Shown piece after piece: positions 1 to 9,409 of a DNA stretch of 64,000 bases. Source of the DNA: a virus (Duplodnaviria > Caudoviricetes); IMG/VR virus record IMGVR_UViG_3300028048_000059, positions 93,490-157,489 of that record, one strand, 5' to 3'. Within the stretch, counting starts at the first letter, position 1. Every line of letters begins with the position of its first letter. The notes beneath the pieces are model-generated. The model saw only the letters and a program-made list of their open reading frames with translations, did no database searches and was not told the DNA's origin. Made by a program: the position numbers and the translations under genes.

Positions 1-282
1 TCGGTTCACAATCCGCTCGATAATTTGATCAAACCCAATCTTTGTTAGTCCTTCCATATTACTACGCATCCTTTCTACTGCAACGTCCGCGTGAACAGGC
101 TCCGGATGTTCATCTGCCCATTTCACTATCAGTTCTTCAAGCATCCGTATATCCGTGTCCGTTCGAACATCCGGGTTGAAACCACAATAAAAGCCTAGCG
201 GGCATGAGCCGCAGCCGCCGTGACCATTTTGCGCTTTGCACATTCTGCGCCACTGCCGCATCACTCCCTGAAATTCATACAT
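1..282 (-). CDS. Hypothetical phage protein, partial (runs off window; MYEFQGVMRQWRRMCK...CGSCPLGFYC...WADEHP)
   Basis: Hand translation; ATG at 282 overlaps the previous stop; no stop before base 1; Cys-rich CxxCPL motif. Confidence 0.6.
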   Translation of the reverse strand, partial: MYEFQGVMRQWRRMCKAQNGHGGCGSCPLGFYCGFNPDVRTDTDIRMLEELIVKWADEHPEPVHADVAVERMRSNMEGLTKIGFDQIIERIVNR

Positions 283-520
283 TGTACTCGCGCTCCTTAA
301 TATCATCTCTAATTATAGATGGCAAAATTTTCGATAAACATACTTCGACGAATTCATTGCTCATATGCTCTGCGTCCATATGTACTTTTCCGTCATCTTT
401 CAATTCAATATTAATGTCCCCGAATCCTATCGTAGGATCGCTCCATTCGATACAAAATCCTTTATAGTGAGGATTTTTAAATACCTGTACGTCATCAATT
501 TCTAAATTTTCGTATTTCAT
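275..520 (-). CDS. Hypothetical protein
   Basis: ORF track; AAGGAG RBS; tightly packed operon. Confidence 0.7.
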   Translation of the reverse strand: MKYENLEIDDVQVFKNPHYKGFCIEWSDPTIGFGDINIELKDDGKVHMDAEHMSNEFVEVCLSKILPSIIRDDIKEREYNV

Positions 521-522
521 AA

Positions 523-924
523 TTACTCCTTCGGCGGCATAAAAGCTTTCAATAGTATTAAAATTTGTGTATCTTGCACCGTATCAAGCAATGCTTCTCT
601 ACGTTCTTGCGGCAGAATAGCAAGCAGCGCGCCGCTTAATCTAACCGCAGAAGCTAAGTGCATAAAGTCTTTTGTTGCATTCATTGCGGCCGCCACACGT
701 TCTTCTCCAAACCATTTTGTAAAAAGCTGCTTCGTGTGTTCTTCTCCTTCTGTAATTGTTTGCTCATATTTTTCAATATAATTATTGCTATTGGTTCCAT
801 TAATATACTTATCAAAAATATATTGAAGTAGAGCTTGACCAGAAGGTGATACGGTATACATGCCGTTTTTGATTTTTGCTTTAATCCACTGTTCTTTAAT
901 CCACTTTTTAAGTTGCGCGATCAT
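523..924 (-). CDS. Hypothetical protein
   Basis: ORF track; overlaps the adjacent upstream gene. Confidence 0.7.
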   Translation of the reverse strand: MIAQLKKWIKEQWIKAKIKNGMYTVSPSGQALLQYIFDKYINGTNSNNYIEKYEQTITEGEEHTKQLFTKWFGEERVAAAMNATKDFMHLASAVRLSGALLAILPQERREALLDTVQDTQILILLKAFMPPKE

Positions 925-1294
925 GTAGGATGCCCTCTTTCTTCATTTCTTGAATGATTTCAAAAATGGCGGCTGGCAGTAGATGAATTCGAATAATGCA
1001 ATCAAGATATTGCATGAAATACGTACGATTGCGCTTGATATCTTCAATTTCAAGACCTAAATCATCGTATGCATCAAAAGCAAGTTCAATATTAGAACAT
1101 ACATATTCTGCCGCAGTTTGTGCATCTGTATAATAATCACCACCATTACCAGTAACGCTATCTACTGCCCAAACTTCATCAAATAGAAAATCTTCTAACT
1201 CATCATAATCATCGAATTGATCTAAATCAACATCAACACTAATATAATCACGCACATCGTTTTTTAGTGCTTCTAAATAATCATATTTAATCAT
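908..1294 (-). CDS. Acidic hypothetical phage protein (DSVTGNG motif)
   Basis: ORF track; GGAGG RBS; very acidic composition. Confidence 0.7.
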   Translation of the reverse strand: MIKYDYLEALKNDVRDYISVDVDLDQFDDYDELEDFLFDEVWAVDSVTGNGGDYYTDAQTAAEYVCSNIELAFDAYDDLGLEIEDIKRNRTYFMQYLDCIIRIHLLPAAIFEIIQEMKKEGILHDRAT

Positions 1295-1571
1295 CTATGT
1301 CCTCCATTGTGGCGGAAAATCCTTTTACTGTGTAACCTGGAAAGCACCATTGAACAAATTTATTTACATCATGAACTACAATCGGTTCTTTTCCTTTACC
1401 AGAAAGTTCATCATTAAAACCATAAATTTCAATATTATCATAACCGTAAGCATGCGCTTTTACGCGAAGCGATCGTGCATCGGTTGTAAAAACAGCATAA
1501 TTATTATCAGACGCAAACTTCAATAGTTCTTTGGTCTTGCCGCTACCTCGCGGCCCAATAATTGTTTTCAT
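1287..1571 (-). CDS. Small P-loop protein (GPRGSGKT)
   Basis: Walker A motif right after MKTII; AGGAG RBS. Confidence 0.65.
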   Translation of the reverse strand: MKTIIGPRGSGKTKELLKFASDNNYAVFTTDARSLRVKAHAYGYDNIEIYGFNDELSGKGKEPIVVHDVNKFVQWCFPGYTVKGFSATMEDIDD

Positions 1572-2116
1572 TGTGTTACTCCTAATTCTTGATAGTATAC
1601 AATTAATTTCCAATTCCATGAGAGAGTTTCTTTATTAGCAATAAATTCATAAGAGGCGGCCGTACCATCGGAGACATCTTCATATCCAGCACCTTTGTCG
1701 CATTGCCATTGATAATAGACCTCACAATTTTCAAAGCCAGTGAGTACAGAAGTTAGATAAATTGTATCGCCATAGGTAACAACTGGTCCGCGAGAAGAAG
1801 AGATTGTAACGGTTTTTTCAATTGGATGCAGCGTTATAGATGGTTCTTCCACAACAGGAAACGTTAGTTCTGGTTCTGGTTCTGGCTCTTGAATTACTAC
1901 ATAATTTTCACTAAATGGCGGCGCCACTGATATCTCCGCATATGCGGAAAAAGTTGCTTCTTCAACAACGATTTCTGCTTCAATTTCAACTTCAAATTCT
2001 GTTGGTTCTTCTGTTGATTCAACTATAAAATCAATTTCATTTTCAATTAATTGTGGTTCCTCTGCCATGCTAGTGAGTGCTAACATGCAGGCAATAATGA
2101 ATGGAATTTTCTTCAT
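1568..2116 (-). CDS. Secreted acidic protein with C-terminal Ig-like strand pattern
   Basis: Signal peptide MKKIPFIIACMLALTSMA; YYQWQ...Y.F Ig-like motif; own sigma-A promoter. Confidence 0.6.
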   Translation of the reverse strand: MKKIPFIIACMLALTSMAEEPQLIENEIDFIVESTEEPTEFEVEIEAEIVVEEATFSAYAEISVAPPFSENYVVIQEPEPEPELTFPVVEEPSITLHPIEKTVTISSSRGPVVTYGDTIYLTSVLTGFENCEVYYQWQCDKGAGYEDVSDGTAASYEFIANKETLSWNWKLIVYYQELGVTQ

Positions 2117-2135
2117 AAGTCTCTCCTTTTTCTTT

Positions 2136-2164
2136 ATTATAGCATGAATTTTAGTTGCTGTCAA
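2136..2164 (-). promoter_or_regulatory. Sigma-A promoter TTGACA-17-TATAAT with extended -10
   Basis: Perfect consensus on the minus strand. Confidence 0.85.
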
Positions 2165-2193
2165 GCTCTTTTTGCGCGAAGTGGAAACTCTTA

Positions 2194-2868
2194 TCAAAGA
2201 CTACCATCTATATAAAATTTTTTAATTTCTTTTTTAGCTTTTTCATTCTTCATATACTTTAATCCATTTAACCATCCTTCTTTCACTGTCCACCAAGTAT
2301 TTTTATTTTTAATAATTAAACTTGCTAGGGGATCTCCGATCCACAGTCTCCAACTAACATTATATTGTCCAAGAACGGGCCCGCATCCTCCTTCATATTC
2401 ATCTATTAAAATACTATTAATTTTTTTTACAGTCATACTATCAATTCCTATATATCTATCTTCATATATTAAAGAAAAATCTGGATATTTTTCTAAAAGT
2501 ATTAAAAATTCTTCAAAAGTAATTATTCTTGGTTCAGTATTATTAATAATATTATCTGCACGATTATCAATTAAAATTCCTTTTTCCATTTGTATTTCTT
2601 TTTCTCCCATTTTATTATAACCATTAGAAACTGTTTGATATTTTGTAATATAGTGCTGTTCTAATTTAAGAGCTTGTTCTTTAGATAAATTTGTATGTAA
2701 AATTTCTTTTTTAATATTATCCCAACCAAATAAAATTATTGGAATATAAACTTCTTGTCCTTTATAACCTTCACCGTTTGCCCATCTGTCTTTGGGATTT
2801 TGTTTAGTTAATCCTATATATAATTTTCCATCAGGAAAAGTGAATTTATAAATACTATAATTTTCCAT
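2194..2868 (-). CDS. Free-standing GIY-YIG endonuclease
   Basis: YSIYKF...LYIGLT...RW.NG.GY and E..YI...NGYN motifs; GGAGG RBS; very low GC. Confidence 0.8.
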   Translation of the reverse strand: MENYSIYKFTFPDGKLYIGLTKQNPKDRWANGEGYKGQEVYIPIILFGWDNIKKEILHTNLSKEQALKLEQHYITKYQTVSNGYNKMGEKEIQMEKGILIDNRADNIINNTEPRIITFEEFLILLEKYPDFSLIYEDRYIGIDSMTVKKINSILIDEYEGGCGPVLGQYNVSWRLWIGDPLASLIIKNKNTWWTVKEGWLNGLKYMKNEKAKKEIKKFYIDGSL

Positions 2869-2895
2869 ATCTTTCCTCCATAATTTCGCGAAGCG

Positions 2896-2944
2896 TCTCA
2901 ATATTTGCCGTGAAGCCCAACGGGCGGAGCGGCAAATATTGAGA
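2896..2944. repeat. 15-bp perfect inverted repeat (TCTCAATATTTGCCG) around a GC-rich loop
   Basis: 2896-2910 is the reverse complement of 2930-2944. Confidence 0.85.
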
Positions 2945-2947
2945 GAA

Positions 2948-3166
2948 AGTAGGAAAATCCTACTTGCCCATGATAATTATTTTTATTGTTATTATTATGT
3001 TCTTTTATTATGTTTTTATTATGTTATAGGTAGGAATTTCGGACAATTTTTCGGTAGGAATTTCTTACTTAATAATAAGTAGGAAAATCCTACTTGTCCG
3101 AGAAAAATTTCCTACCTAAAATATAGAACGATTTTCCTACCTAATAATAAGTAGAAAAATCCTACT
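2948..3166. repeat. Array A: about 7 full or half copies of dyad GTAGGAAAATCCTAC plus an AT-rich tract (2971-3027); iteron/origin-like
   Basis: Copies near 2948, 3028, 3053, 3077, 3106, 3131 and 3149. Confidence 0.8.
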
Positions 3167-3521
3167 AATTTTCCAAAGCTTCTAAATTGATAGTAATTGA
3201 TTCATACTCTTTAAATTCAATTATACCTTTTGCCGCGAGAGATTTACGCCGCTCTATATATGTATCATGTGACATACCTGTTCTATCTCTTATCCATTTT
3301 TCGGATGGATGAAAAGGACGTGTGGGATCATCAGTTTGTCCTATTAAAACTATAAGTAGTAGTCTGTCATTTGCTGTCAACCCTTTTTTCCCGCCTATTG
3401 CCACCAATAGTCTATCCGCGACACTTATACGTTGTTCGTTTTGTTGTTTCCATTTTTGCCCATTTATATATAAAGCTGGAGCATTGTTTTTACCTGTAAT
3501 CATCCTGAATTCCTCCTGCAA
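3165..3521 (-). CDS. Winged-HTH protein resembling the N-terminal domain of phage replication initiators
   Basis: LTANDRLLLIVL...HPSEKWIRDRTGMS...RKSLAAKGII pattern. Confidence 0.6.
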   Translation of the reverse strand: MQEEFRMITGKNNAPALYINGQKWKQQNEQRISVADRLLVAIGGKKGLTANDRLLLIVLIGQTDDPTRPFHPSEKWIRDRTGMSHDTYIERRKSLAAKGIIEFKEYESITINLEALEN

Positions 3522-3707
3522 TTAGTGCTTTTTTGCTATTGTTGCTGCTTGAGGAATGGCTGCGCGCAACTCAGGGGTATCTTCAAACCAATAAACATCA
3601 TATTGAGGTTTTTTTATATTAGCAGTCGTCTTTATTAGTTTAAACCCTAAATCGCGTAATGCCGCTGCGACCCTTGGCATATAAATTATATAAAGTTTAT
3701 CTTCCAT
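3522..3707 (-). CDS. Small conserved phage protein (DUF5659-like); paralog of 55604-55783
   Basis: GFKLI...N...VY.FE.T..LR.A motif shared with the paralog. Confidence 0.65.
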   Translation of the reverse strand: MEDKLYIIYMPRVAAALRDLGFKLIKTTANIKKPQYDVYWFEDTPELRAAIPQAATIAKKH

Positions 3708-3879
3708 TTTTCATTACCTCTTCCATTTTTTCTAATACTTTTATTGATGGATTTCTTGCACCAGAAAAAATCTTTGAAATATGAGAACGGCTGCACTCTA
3801 ATTTTTCGGCTATTTGTTCTTGAATCCATCCTTCTTTTTCACAAAAATTTTTAAATTGTTCTATAATATCTTTTACCAT
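3697..3879 (-). CDS. XRE/Cro-type HTH regulator
   Basis: QEQIAEKLECSRSHISKIFSG.RNPS motif; start uncertain. Confidence 0.75.
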   Translation of the reverse strand: MVKDIIEQFKNFCEKEGWIQEQIAEKLECSRSHISKIFSGARNPSIKVLEKMEEVMKNGR

Positions 3880-3958
3880 ACCTTTGTGACTTAGAGTCAC
3901 ATTCCTCCTATAAAGAAATAATCCTATCATAAGATAGGTATTATTTCTAATTTATTCT

Positions 3959-4177
3959 TTAATTATTTTTTTCAATTTTTTTAATTTCACATTCACTCAT
4001 ATATGGAAAATAAATAACATTATCTGCCCGATTATCTATGCGATCTGCCATTTCATATAATGAATTTTTTATATGCTGTTCAGCCTCGTCTGGCGAATAT
4101 CCATCTTCAATTAATGAGTCATAATATTCTTGTTCATCTGCGATAAAGGTGTAAGTTATTGATACTTGATATTTCAT
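3959..4177 (-). CDS. Hypothetical protein
   Basis: ORF track; AAGGAG RBS. Confidence 0.65.
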   Translation of the reverse strand: MKYQVSITYTFIADEQEYYDSLIEDGYSPDEAEQHIKNSLYEMADRIDNRADNVIYFPYMSECEIKKIEKNN

Positions 4178-4189
4178 ATTATCTCCTTT

Positions 4190-4579
4190 TTAATACGACA
4201 TCCAAAAAAACAACTTAACGCCTTGCGCAATCATGTCATCATAATTTTTATATAATTCGCACAATCTAGGAAGGCCGCTAAAACCATCAAAATAATCAGC
4301 ATGATAGCAATAAAAATCAATCATGTTTGCTAGATCCTTCTTGCTAATACGAACGTAATCGCCATCTTCTGCTTCAATTAGAGTTGGGATACTATTTACC
4401 ATATCCCAAAATTTGCGGGCGTACCATACCTCACATACATCTGGCCATTGAAAAGTGCCATTTTCATCATAGAAATTATTATTGAGAACGATTTCATCAT
4501 ATTCAAAGCGATCGTCGTAGTCATAAGTGTCAAGGTATTCGCGCTTCTTTGTTGCAACAAGTCCCATGTCGAGTCCCAT
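4190..4579 (-). CDS. Hypothetical phage protein (MGLDM...Y.RK family)
   Basis: MGLD start; own promoter. Confidence 0.7.
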   Translation of the reverse strand: MGLDMGLVATKKREYLDTYDYDDRFEYDEIVLNNNFYDENGTFQWPDVCEVWYARKFWDMVNSIPTLIEAEDGDYVRISKKDLANMIDFYCYHADYFDGFSGLPRLCELYKNYDDMIAQGVKLFFWMSY

Positions 4580-4609
4580 AGTTTTGCTCCTTTCTTTTCT
4601 CTTATGTTA

Positions 4610-4638
4610 ATTATAATATGATTTTTATTTGTTGTCAA
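4610..4638 (-). promoter_or_regulatory. Sigma-A promoter TTGACA-17-TATAAT
   Basis: Perfect consensus. Confidence 0.85.
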
Positions 4639-4657
4639 ATATATAAATAAGAAGACA

Positions 4658-5923
4658 TTAGGTTGTCTTCTTATTTTTTAAGATGAGATTTAGAATGATG
4701 CCAACAATCATCGCCAGTGCCGTAGTTCCAATACTTACAACCCCAAAATTACACACAGTGCCAGAAACGCCAAGCGTTAGGATTGCCGCAATAATTGTTA
4801 CATTTTTATTGTCATTCAAATCAATATTGCTGTCCTTAATAGTGCGAATACCAGAAAGAGTGATATATCCATACAGAATCGCTGCGCACCCACCAAAAAT
4901 ACAACTGGGAATACTAACGAGGAAAGCTTGTAGCGGCCCGATAAAAGCTGCAATGCCCATAATAATTGCTGCTAATGTAATAACATATTTAGAACAAATC
5001 TTACTAAAACCAGTTGTGCCAACGCTTTCTCCATAGCTCGTATTTGGCATCGCGCCAATGAGTGCGCCAAGAGCTGTGGCGGCGCCATCGCCCATGAGAG
5101 TAAAACCAAGTCCAGGATTTTGCGTTAAATCAGTGTTAATTACTGCACTTAATGCCTTATGGTCAGATGTATGTTCGCAAATTGTTACTAATGCTAACGG
5201 GAGGAACAGTAATAGAATTTGTGGGAGCCAACTCCAATTCCACTGATTAAAATGAGTGAAGGCAAAATCTGGCATTTGAAATAGATGCACATTGTTAAAT
5301 GCGCTAAAATCAATAATCTTAACTCCACAAACAGTTAATACAGCCGCGAAAGCATAAACAATTAAAATCGAAATTAAAAATGGTAAGTTTTTAATAAATC
5401 CCTTTCCATACTGTGAGATAAGAGCAGTGATGAGCAGCGTCAGAATACCTAAACCGAAACCAATTAAACTATATTGACCATTGATCTGAAAATATGTAGG
5501 GATAAAAGTGGCAAGATTCAGACCAATTACGGCTACAATTGGACCAATTACGACAGGTGGAAGCAACTTATTAATCCACGCTGTTCCAAAGTGATTGATG
5601 GCGGCGCCAACTGCAAAATATACAATGCATACAATAATACCACCAATAAATACTGCAAAATAATTTGGGACTGCGCCTAATGCTAGTGCGCCAGTAACTG
5701 CCGCGACAAATGCGCCAGATGAAGAAATAAACATTGGGCTTTGGCCGCGGGTAATCAGTTGATATAATAGTGTACCAAGCGCTGCGCCAAGCATGGCAGG
5801 CGCAATTGGCACGCCGCAAATAGTAGGAATTAGAATCGTGGCAACAAAGCAAGCAACTACTTGTTGTAGCGCTGCGACGACGAGCCGTCGCATGGGTAGT
5901 TTATCATTAATATTATATAACAT
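4658..5923 (-). CDS. uraA: NCS2-family uracil/xanthine permease (UraA/PyrP-like)
   Basis: Many TM segments; SSSGAF, LLPPVV.GP...IG and P.TSYGE..G (NAT signature) motifs; start MLYNIND with AAGGAG RBS. Confidence 0.85.
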   Translation of the reverse strand: MLYNINDKLPMRRLVVAALQQVVACFVATILIPTICGVPIAPAMLGAALGTLLYQLITRGQSPMFISSSGAFVAAVTGALALGAVPNYFAVFIGGIIVCIVYFAVGAAINHFGTAWINKLLPPVVIGPIVAVIGLNLATFIPTYFQINGQYSLIGFGLGILTLLITALISQYGKGFIKNLPFLISILIVYAFAAVLTVCGVKIIDFSAFNNVHLFQMPDFAFTHFNQWNWSWLPQILLLFLPLALVTICEHTSDHKALSAVINTDLTQNPGLGFTLMGDGAATALGALIGAMPNTSYGESVGTTGFSKICSKYVITLAAIIMGIAAFIGPLQAFLVSIPSCIFGGCAAILYGYITLSGIRTIKDSNIDLNDNKNVTIIAAILTLGVSGTVCNFGVVSIGTTALAMIVGIILNLILKNKKTT

Positions 5924-5924
5924 A

Positions 5925-6101
5925 TTATTCTCCTTCAATAAATTTCTTAATATATTCAATAAACTCTTGATCTTCCATATAAAAACAATCTCGTGTTCTA
6001 AAAACATTCGACATAAGTTGAGCAAGACGCCAGTCTGGCACTTTATGCCAAATTTCTCCGAGCTGTTGACAAATATTTTCAATACGATTTGGGTTTCTCA
6101 T
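5925..6101 (-). CDS. Small phage protein (MRNPNRI...W...PDWRL.QL), not in ORF track
   Basis: Hand translation, 58 aa; GAGG RBS. Confidence 0.6.
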   Translation of the reverse strand: MRNPNRIENICQQLGEIWHKVPDWRLAQLMSNVFRTRDCFYMEDQEFIEYIKKFIEGE

Positions 6102-6457
6102 ACCTTATTCCTCTTATTCCAAGCAGTAATTGTTGCGTAATAAGGAAGTTGATCATAATGAACACAAAACGCATCCGTATCATCATTAGTAATAGGTAGC
6201 TCTTGTTCAAGTGGCTTATTTGGGTCGCAAGTTATCGTACAGTAATCGCGCCACCATTCTTTTGTTGGAGCCGTATCAATAGTTGGCGGCATAACATTAT
6301 TATTACCACAATATAGGCATGTTGGAGTTAAAGGAGAATAAACTTTTCCGCATTTTGGGCATATCCATCCATACTCTCGTGATACAGGAAAGTTATACTC
6401 ACTACTATTAGTAGCTGTAACAGGTGGACCATCAACTGGGATATGATTAAAATTCAT
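6098..6457 (-). CDS. Zinc-ribbon protein (GWICPKCGKVYSP...C..C)
   Basis: Paired CxxC motifs. Confidence 0.65.
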   Translation of the reverse strand: MNFNHIPVDGPPVTATNSSEYNFPVSREYGWICPKCGKVYSPLTPTCLYCGNNNVMPPTIDTAPTKEWWRDYCTITCDPNKPLEQELPITNDDTDAFCVHYDQLPYYATITAWNKRNKV

Positions 6458-6959
6458 TTTCTTTCTCCTTTATAAATGCTATTGCATCTTCAATATTGCT
6501 AACAAGAATGCCGCCTTGTTTGATTAGTCCAGTAACATAAAGATTCTGATAACTATATTGTTGTTCACCAAGTGCCGTGGCGCCGCCTTTGTCCTTGGCT
6601 TCACTATGCGTTAGATACATCTGTCGATTATCTGTGCAAATACCGACAATATATTTATGGTCACCGCGCTCGATTTTTTCGTGGAATTTCCCGATTTCTG
6701 CGCAACTTCCTGCTGGTAAAATGTCTCCATCTATACATGCAACAAGAATATCTGTATTATTCAATCGAATGTTATCACCGTTGGCGATTTCTTGTGAACC
6801 TGCAAATTTCTTTTTCCCTTCTGCGCCATTAATATCGCTGTTTTCAATTGGGCTGTACAAGTCTGCATTAGGTATTGCCGCTCTAATTTTTTGTGCCCAT
6901 TCTGTATTCCTTAGTACATCACCATAATAAAAAATTGAACCTGCAAGATAAATTTTCAT
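6447..6959 (-). CDS. Nucleoside 2-deoxyribosyltransferase-like protein
   Basis: MKIYLAG start; YSP, D..RL...D, G...EIG and NLYV.GLI motifs. Confidence 0.85.
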   Translation of the reverse strand: MKIYLAGSIFYYGDVLRNTEWAQKIRAAIPNADLYSPIENSDINGAEGKKKFAGSQEIANGDNIRLNNTDILVACIDGDILPAGSCAEIGKFHEKIERGDHKYIVGICTDNRQMYLTHSEAKDKGGATALGEQQYSYQNLYVTGLIKQGGILVSNIEDAIAFIKEKENEF

Positions 6960-6960
6960 A

Positions 6961-7146
6961 TTATTCCTCCATTTTATCAGTAGCCTTATAATTATGAATA
7001 AAGGCGTTAATTTCTTTATAACATTCGGGGCAGATGTCATACCACTCGTCTTTATCATCTTGCATCATAAGTCGTACATATAACCATCTTAAAGATTTTC
7101 TTGCTTTTATTTGTTTATGACAACGATCACAATATTGTTTTGTCAT
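6961..7146 (-). CDS. Small Zn-binding hypothetical protein (CDRC...CPEC)
   Basis: ORF track. Confidence 0.6.
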   Translation of the reverse strand: MTKQYCDRCHKQIKARKSLRWLYVRLMMQDDKDEWYDICPECYKEINAFIHNYKATDKMEE

Positions 7147-7184
7147 TAAATTCTATTCCCCTTGTTCATTCCACATAAATTGTC

Positions 7185-8072
7185 TTATATTTCATAATTT
7201 GTTACCACGATTTCTCTTGTCTTGTTGCCGCCATCATTTACTGTATGTGTACAATGAGAATATGCAGGATTGTTGATGTCATGCACAAATAGATTGCCTT
7301 CATAACCATCTATCCATTGCTCTAAAATAGTATTGGTTTTGCCATGATGTTCAATAACATTCGATAATGCCCATTTAAACCCGAGGCTATGCGCATTATC
7401 TAAATAATTTAGAAGTTCTTTCTCATCATACTCATCCCATTTCTGCCATACTTCTAGCAATCCATTATTATATACTTGATTAGTAATAAGATATGGCGGG
7501 TCGAAATACAATAGCGTATTTTTTGGGTTGAATTTTATTAAATCAATTTGTGAAAAACTTGCATTATGTAATTCAACACCTTGAATCAGATTGTAAAATT
7601 TTTCAATGCTGTTGCGCTGTCTTGCAGAAAAATTAGAGTAACCGCGGCCAAATCCTGCATTAAATTGTAGGTTTTTGTTAAAACGCATTGTAAAATGGAA
7701 GCTAAATCTAGTTAAAGTATATAAATCCAATGGTGTATGATATTCAGAAATGTTATTATATGCATCACGATACGCTAAGAACCCTTCTTCATTTTCTTTG
7801 GATAATTCAAATTCATCGATACGTTTTTCAATAAAATTTAGAATTTCTGAAAATGAATATTGTTGAAAGGCTTGCATGATTTCAATTAAAAAACTATTGG
7901 CATCAACTGCAATTTTTTTATTTGCTGTCGCATTAATAGATACATCGCATCCACCACAAAAGAAATCAATTAATGTATCAATTTTTTGTGGAAATAGCGG
8001 CATTAATTGTTTCATAATTTGATATTTATTACCAACCCAATTAAATGGAGATTTTACATAAATCGCACTCAT
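7185..8072 (-). CDS. dam: DNA adenine methyltransferase (Dam/D12 class)
   Basis: SPFNWVGNK, D.FCGG and DPPY motifs. Confidence 0.9.
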   Translation of the reverse strand: MSAIYVKSPFNWVGNKYQIMKQLMPLFPQKIDTLIDFFCGGCDVSINATANKKIAVDANSFLIEIMQAFQQYSFSEILNFIEKRIDEFELSKENEEGFLAYRDAYNNISEYHTPLDLYTLTRFSFHFTMRFNKNLQFNAGFGRGYSNFSARQRNSIEKFYNLIQGVELHNASFSQIDLIKFNPKNTLLYFDPPYLITNQVYNNGLLEVWQKWDEYDEKELLNYLDNAHSLGFKWALSNVIEHHGKTNTILEQWIDGYEGNLFVHDINNPAYSHCTHTVNDGGNKTREIVVTNYEI

Positions 8073-8092
8073 ATGTCCTCCTTTTTTCTTTT

Positions 8093-8121
8093 ATTATATC
8101 ATGAATTTTTAAAAAAGTCAA
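8093..8121 (-). promoter_or_regulatory. Sigma-A promoter TTGACT-17-TATAAT
   Basis: Near-consensus; upstream of dam. Confidence 0.8.
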
Positions 8122-8129
8122 GATAAAAG

Positions 8130-8155
8130 AAAAAAGGGAGCAAAAGCTCCCTTTT
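8130..8155 (-). terminator. Intrinsic terminator after phoH
   Basis: GGGAGC-TTTT-GCTCCC stem followed by a U-tract on the minus strand. Confidence 0.8.
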
Positions 8156-8157
8156 AA

Positions 8158-9396
8158 TCATTTAGGTGGAATCATTTTGTCGCACAGTTGTGGAATACGG
8201 CCTCTTTCTGATTTAATCAATTTAACTGTGCCAAAGAGTGGGTCGCCGCTTAAATGATCTAACATAGATTTTATACCATTATTTTTTTCAAATTTCTTAT
8301 TATCAATTTGAGCTACATCGCCGCAGAAGATAATTTCACTATTATCCTCCATACGACTTAATAATAAGGTAACTAATTTATCATTTAAATTTTCACATTC
8401 ATCGCAAAGCAATATAGAATTTTTAATACTGCGGCCGCGAATGTGAGAGATTGGATAAATTTCAATTATTCCATCTTCTATCATTTGCTCTAATACGTCT
8501 GTGCCGCCAAGATGATCAGCGATGGGGCCGCCCCAAATTGACATTTTTTCTGTCATAGTTCCGGGGAGAAAACCAATATCATTTGTATCTGCAACAATAA
8601 TATTATTGCGAACAAACACCAATTTTTTATATACGCCACGATAGATTTGTTCAAGCGCATAATTTAACGCAATCATTGTCTTGCCGCTGCCCCATGCAGA
8701 AGTTAATAATTTCACCTTAATTGAATCATTTTGTAAGAGATCAAAAGCCATTTTTTGCTCTAAGTTACGTGGTTTAATTGTCTCATTTAAAAAATGATTC
8801 TTGATTTCTTTATATTTTAATGGCCTATAACGTTCGCCAGTCCAAAATAATATATCTTTTAAATCATCGCCTTCGTAAATTTTTGCAAATTCATTAGTAA
8901 TACAATGCAAAACATTGGCTGTTGGGTCAGAATACAATGAAGCCAATTGCGCGTTAGAAGGTGTATAATTTTTCCATCCTTGGTTTTCTTCATATTCCAT
9001 CAGGGCGTTGTCTTTCCATAAACGCCAACCAAGCTGTGGAAAGCAAGAATGGAGCAAATATAGAGCATAATCACTTGTAACAAATGTGACAGATTCATGC
9101 ATTTCTTCTTGCAGAAGACATGCGGCCGCCACTAATTTGTGATCTGCTATATCTGATAGATATTTATTTTTCTTTATAATTTTATTTATTTTCTTTGTTT
9201 CAGGAATATAATATTTATAATTCGATGATGTAATCATATCACGAGTTAATTTTCTTGCACGATATTTTACTTCATCATTTTTTTGTGAATTTTTGATATT
9301 TTCTAACTCTGAAACAATTAAAGGAGTAATCCATATATTTGGATAGTGTTCTGTGCATCCATTTAGAAGCGCAGACGTATCACAAAAATATATCAT
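8158..9396 (-). CDS. phoH: PIN-domain PhoH-family protein
   Basis: N-terminal PIN (DTS..L, VTSD); GSGKT, IGFLPG, HIRGRS, DE.EN, GD..QID and RG motifs. Confidence 0.9.
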   Translation of the reverse strand: MIYFCDTSALLNGCTEHYPNIWITPLIVSELENIKNSQKNDEVKYRARKLTRDMITSSNYKYYIPETKKINKIIKKNKYLSDIADHKLVAAACLLQEEMHESVTFVTSDYALYLLHSCFPQLGWRLWKDNALMEYEENQGWKNYTPSNAQLASLYSDPTANVLHCITNEFAKIYEGDDLKDILFWTGERYRPLKYKEIKNHFLNETIKPRNLEQKMAFDLLQNDSIKVKLLTSAWGSGKTMIALNYALEQIYRGVYKKLVFVRNNIIVADTNDIGFLPGTMTEKMSIWGGPIADHLGGTDVLEQMIEDGIIEIYPISHIRGRSIKNSILLCDECENLNDKLVTLLLSRMEDNSEIIFCGDVAQIDNKKFEKNNGIKSMLDHLSGDPLFGTVKLIKSERGRIPQLCDKMIPPK

Positions 9397-9409
9397 ACAA
9401 TCACTTCCG

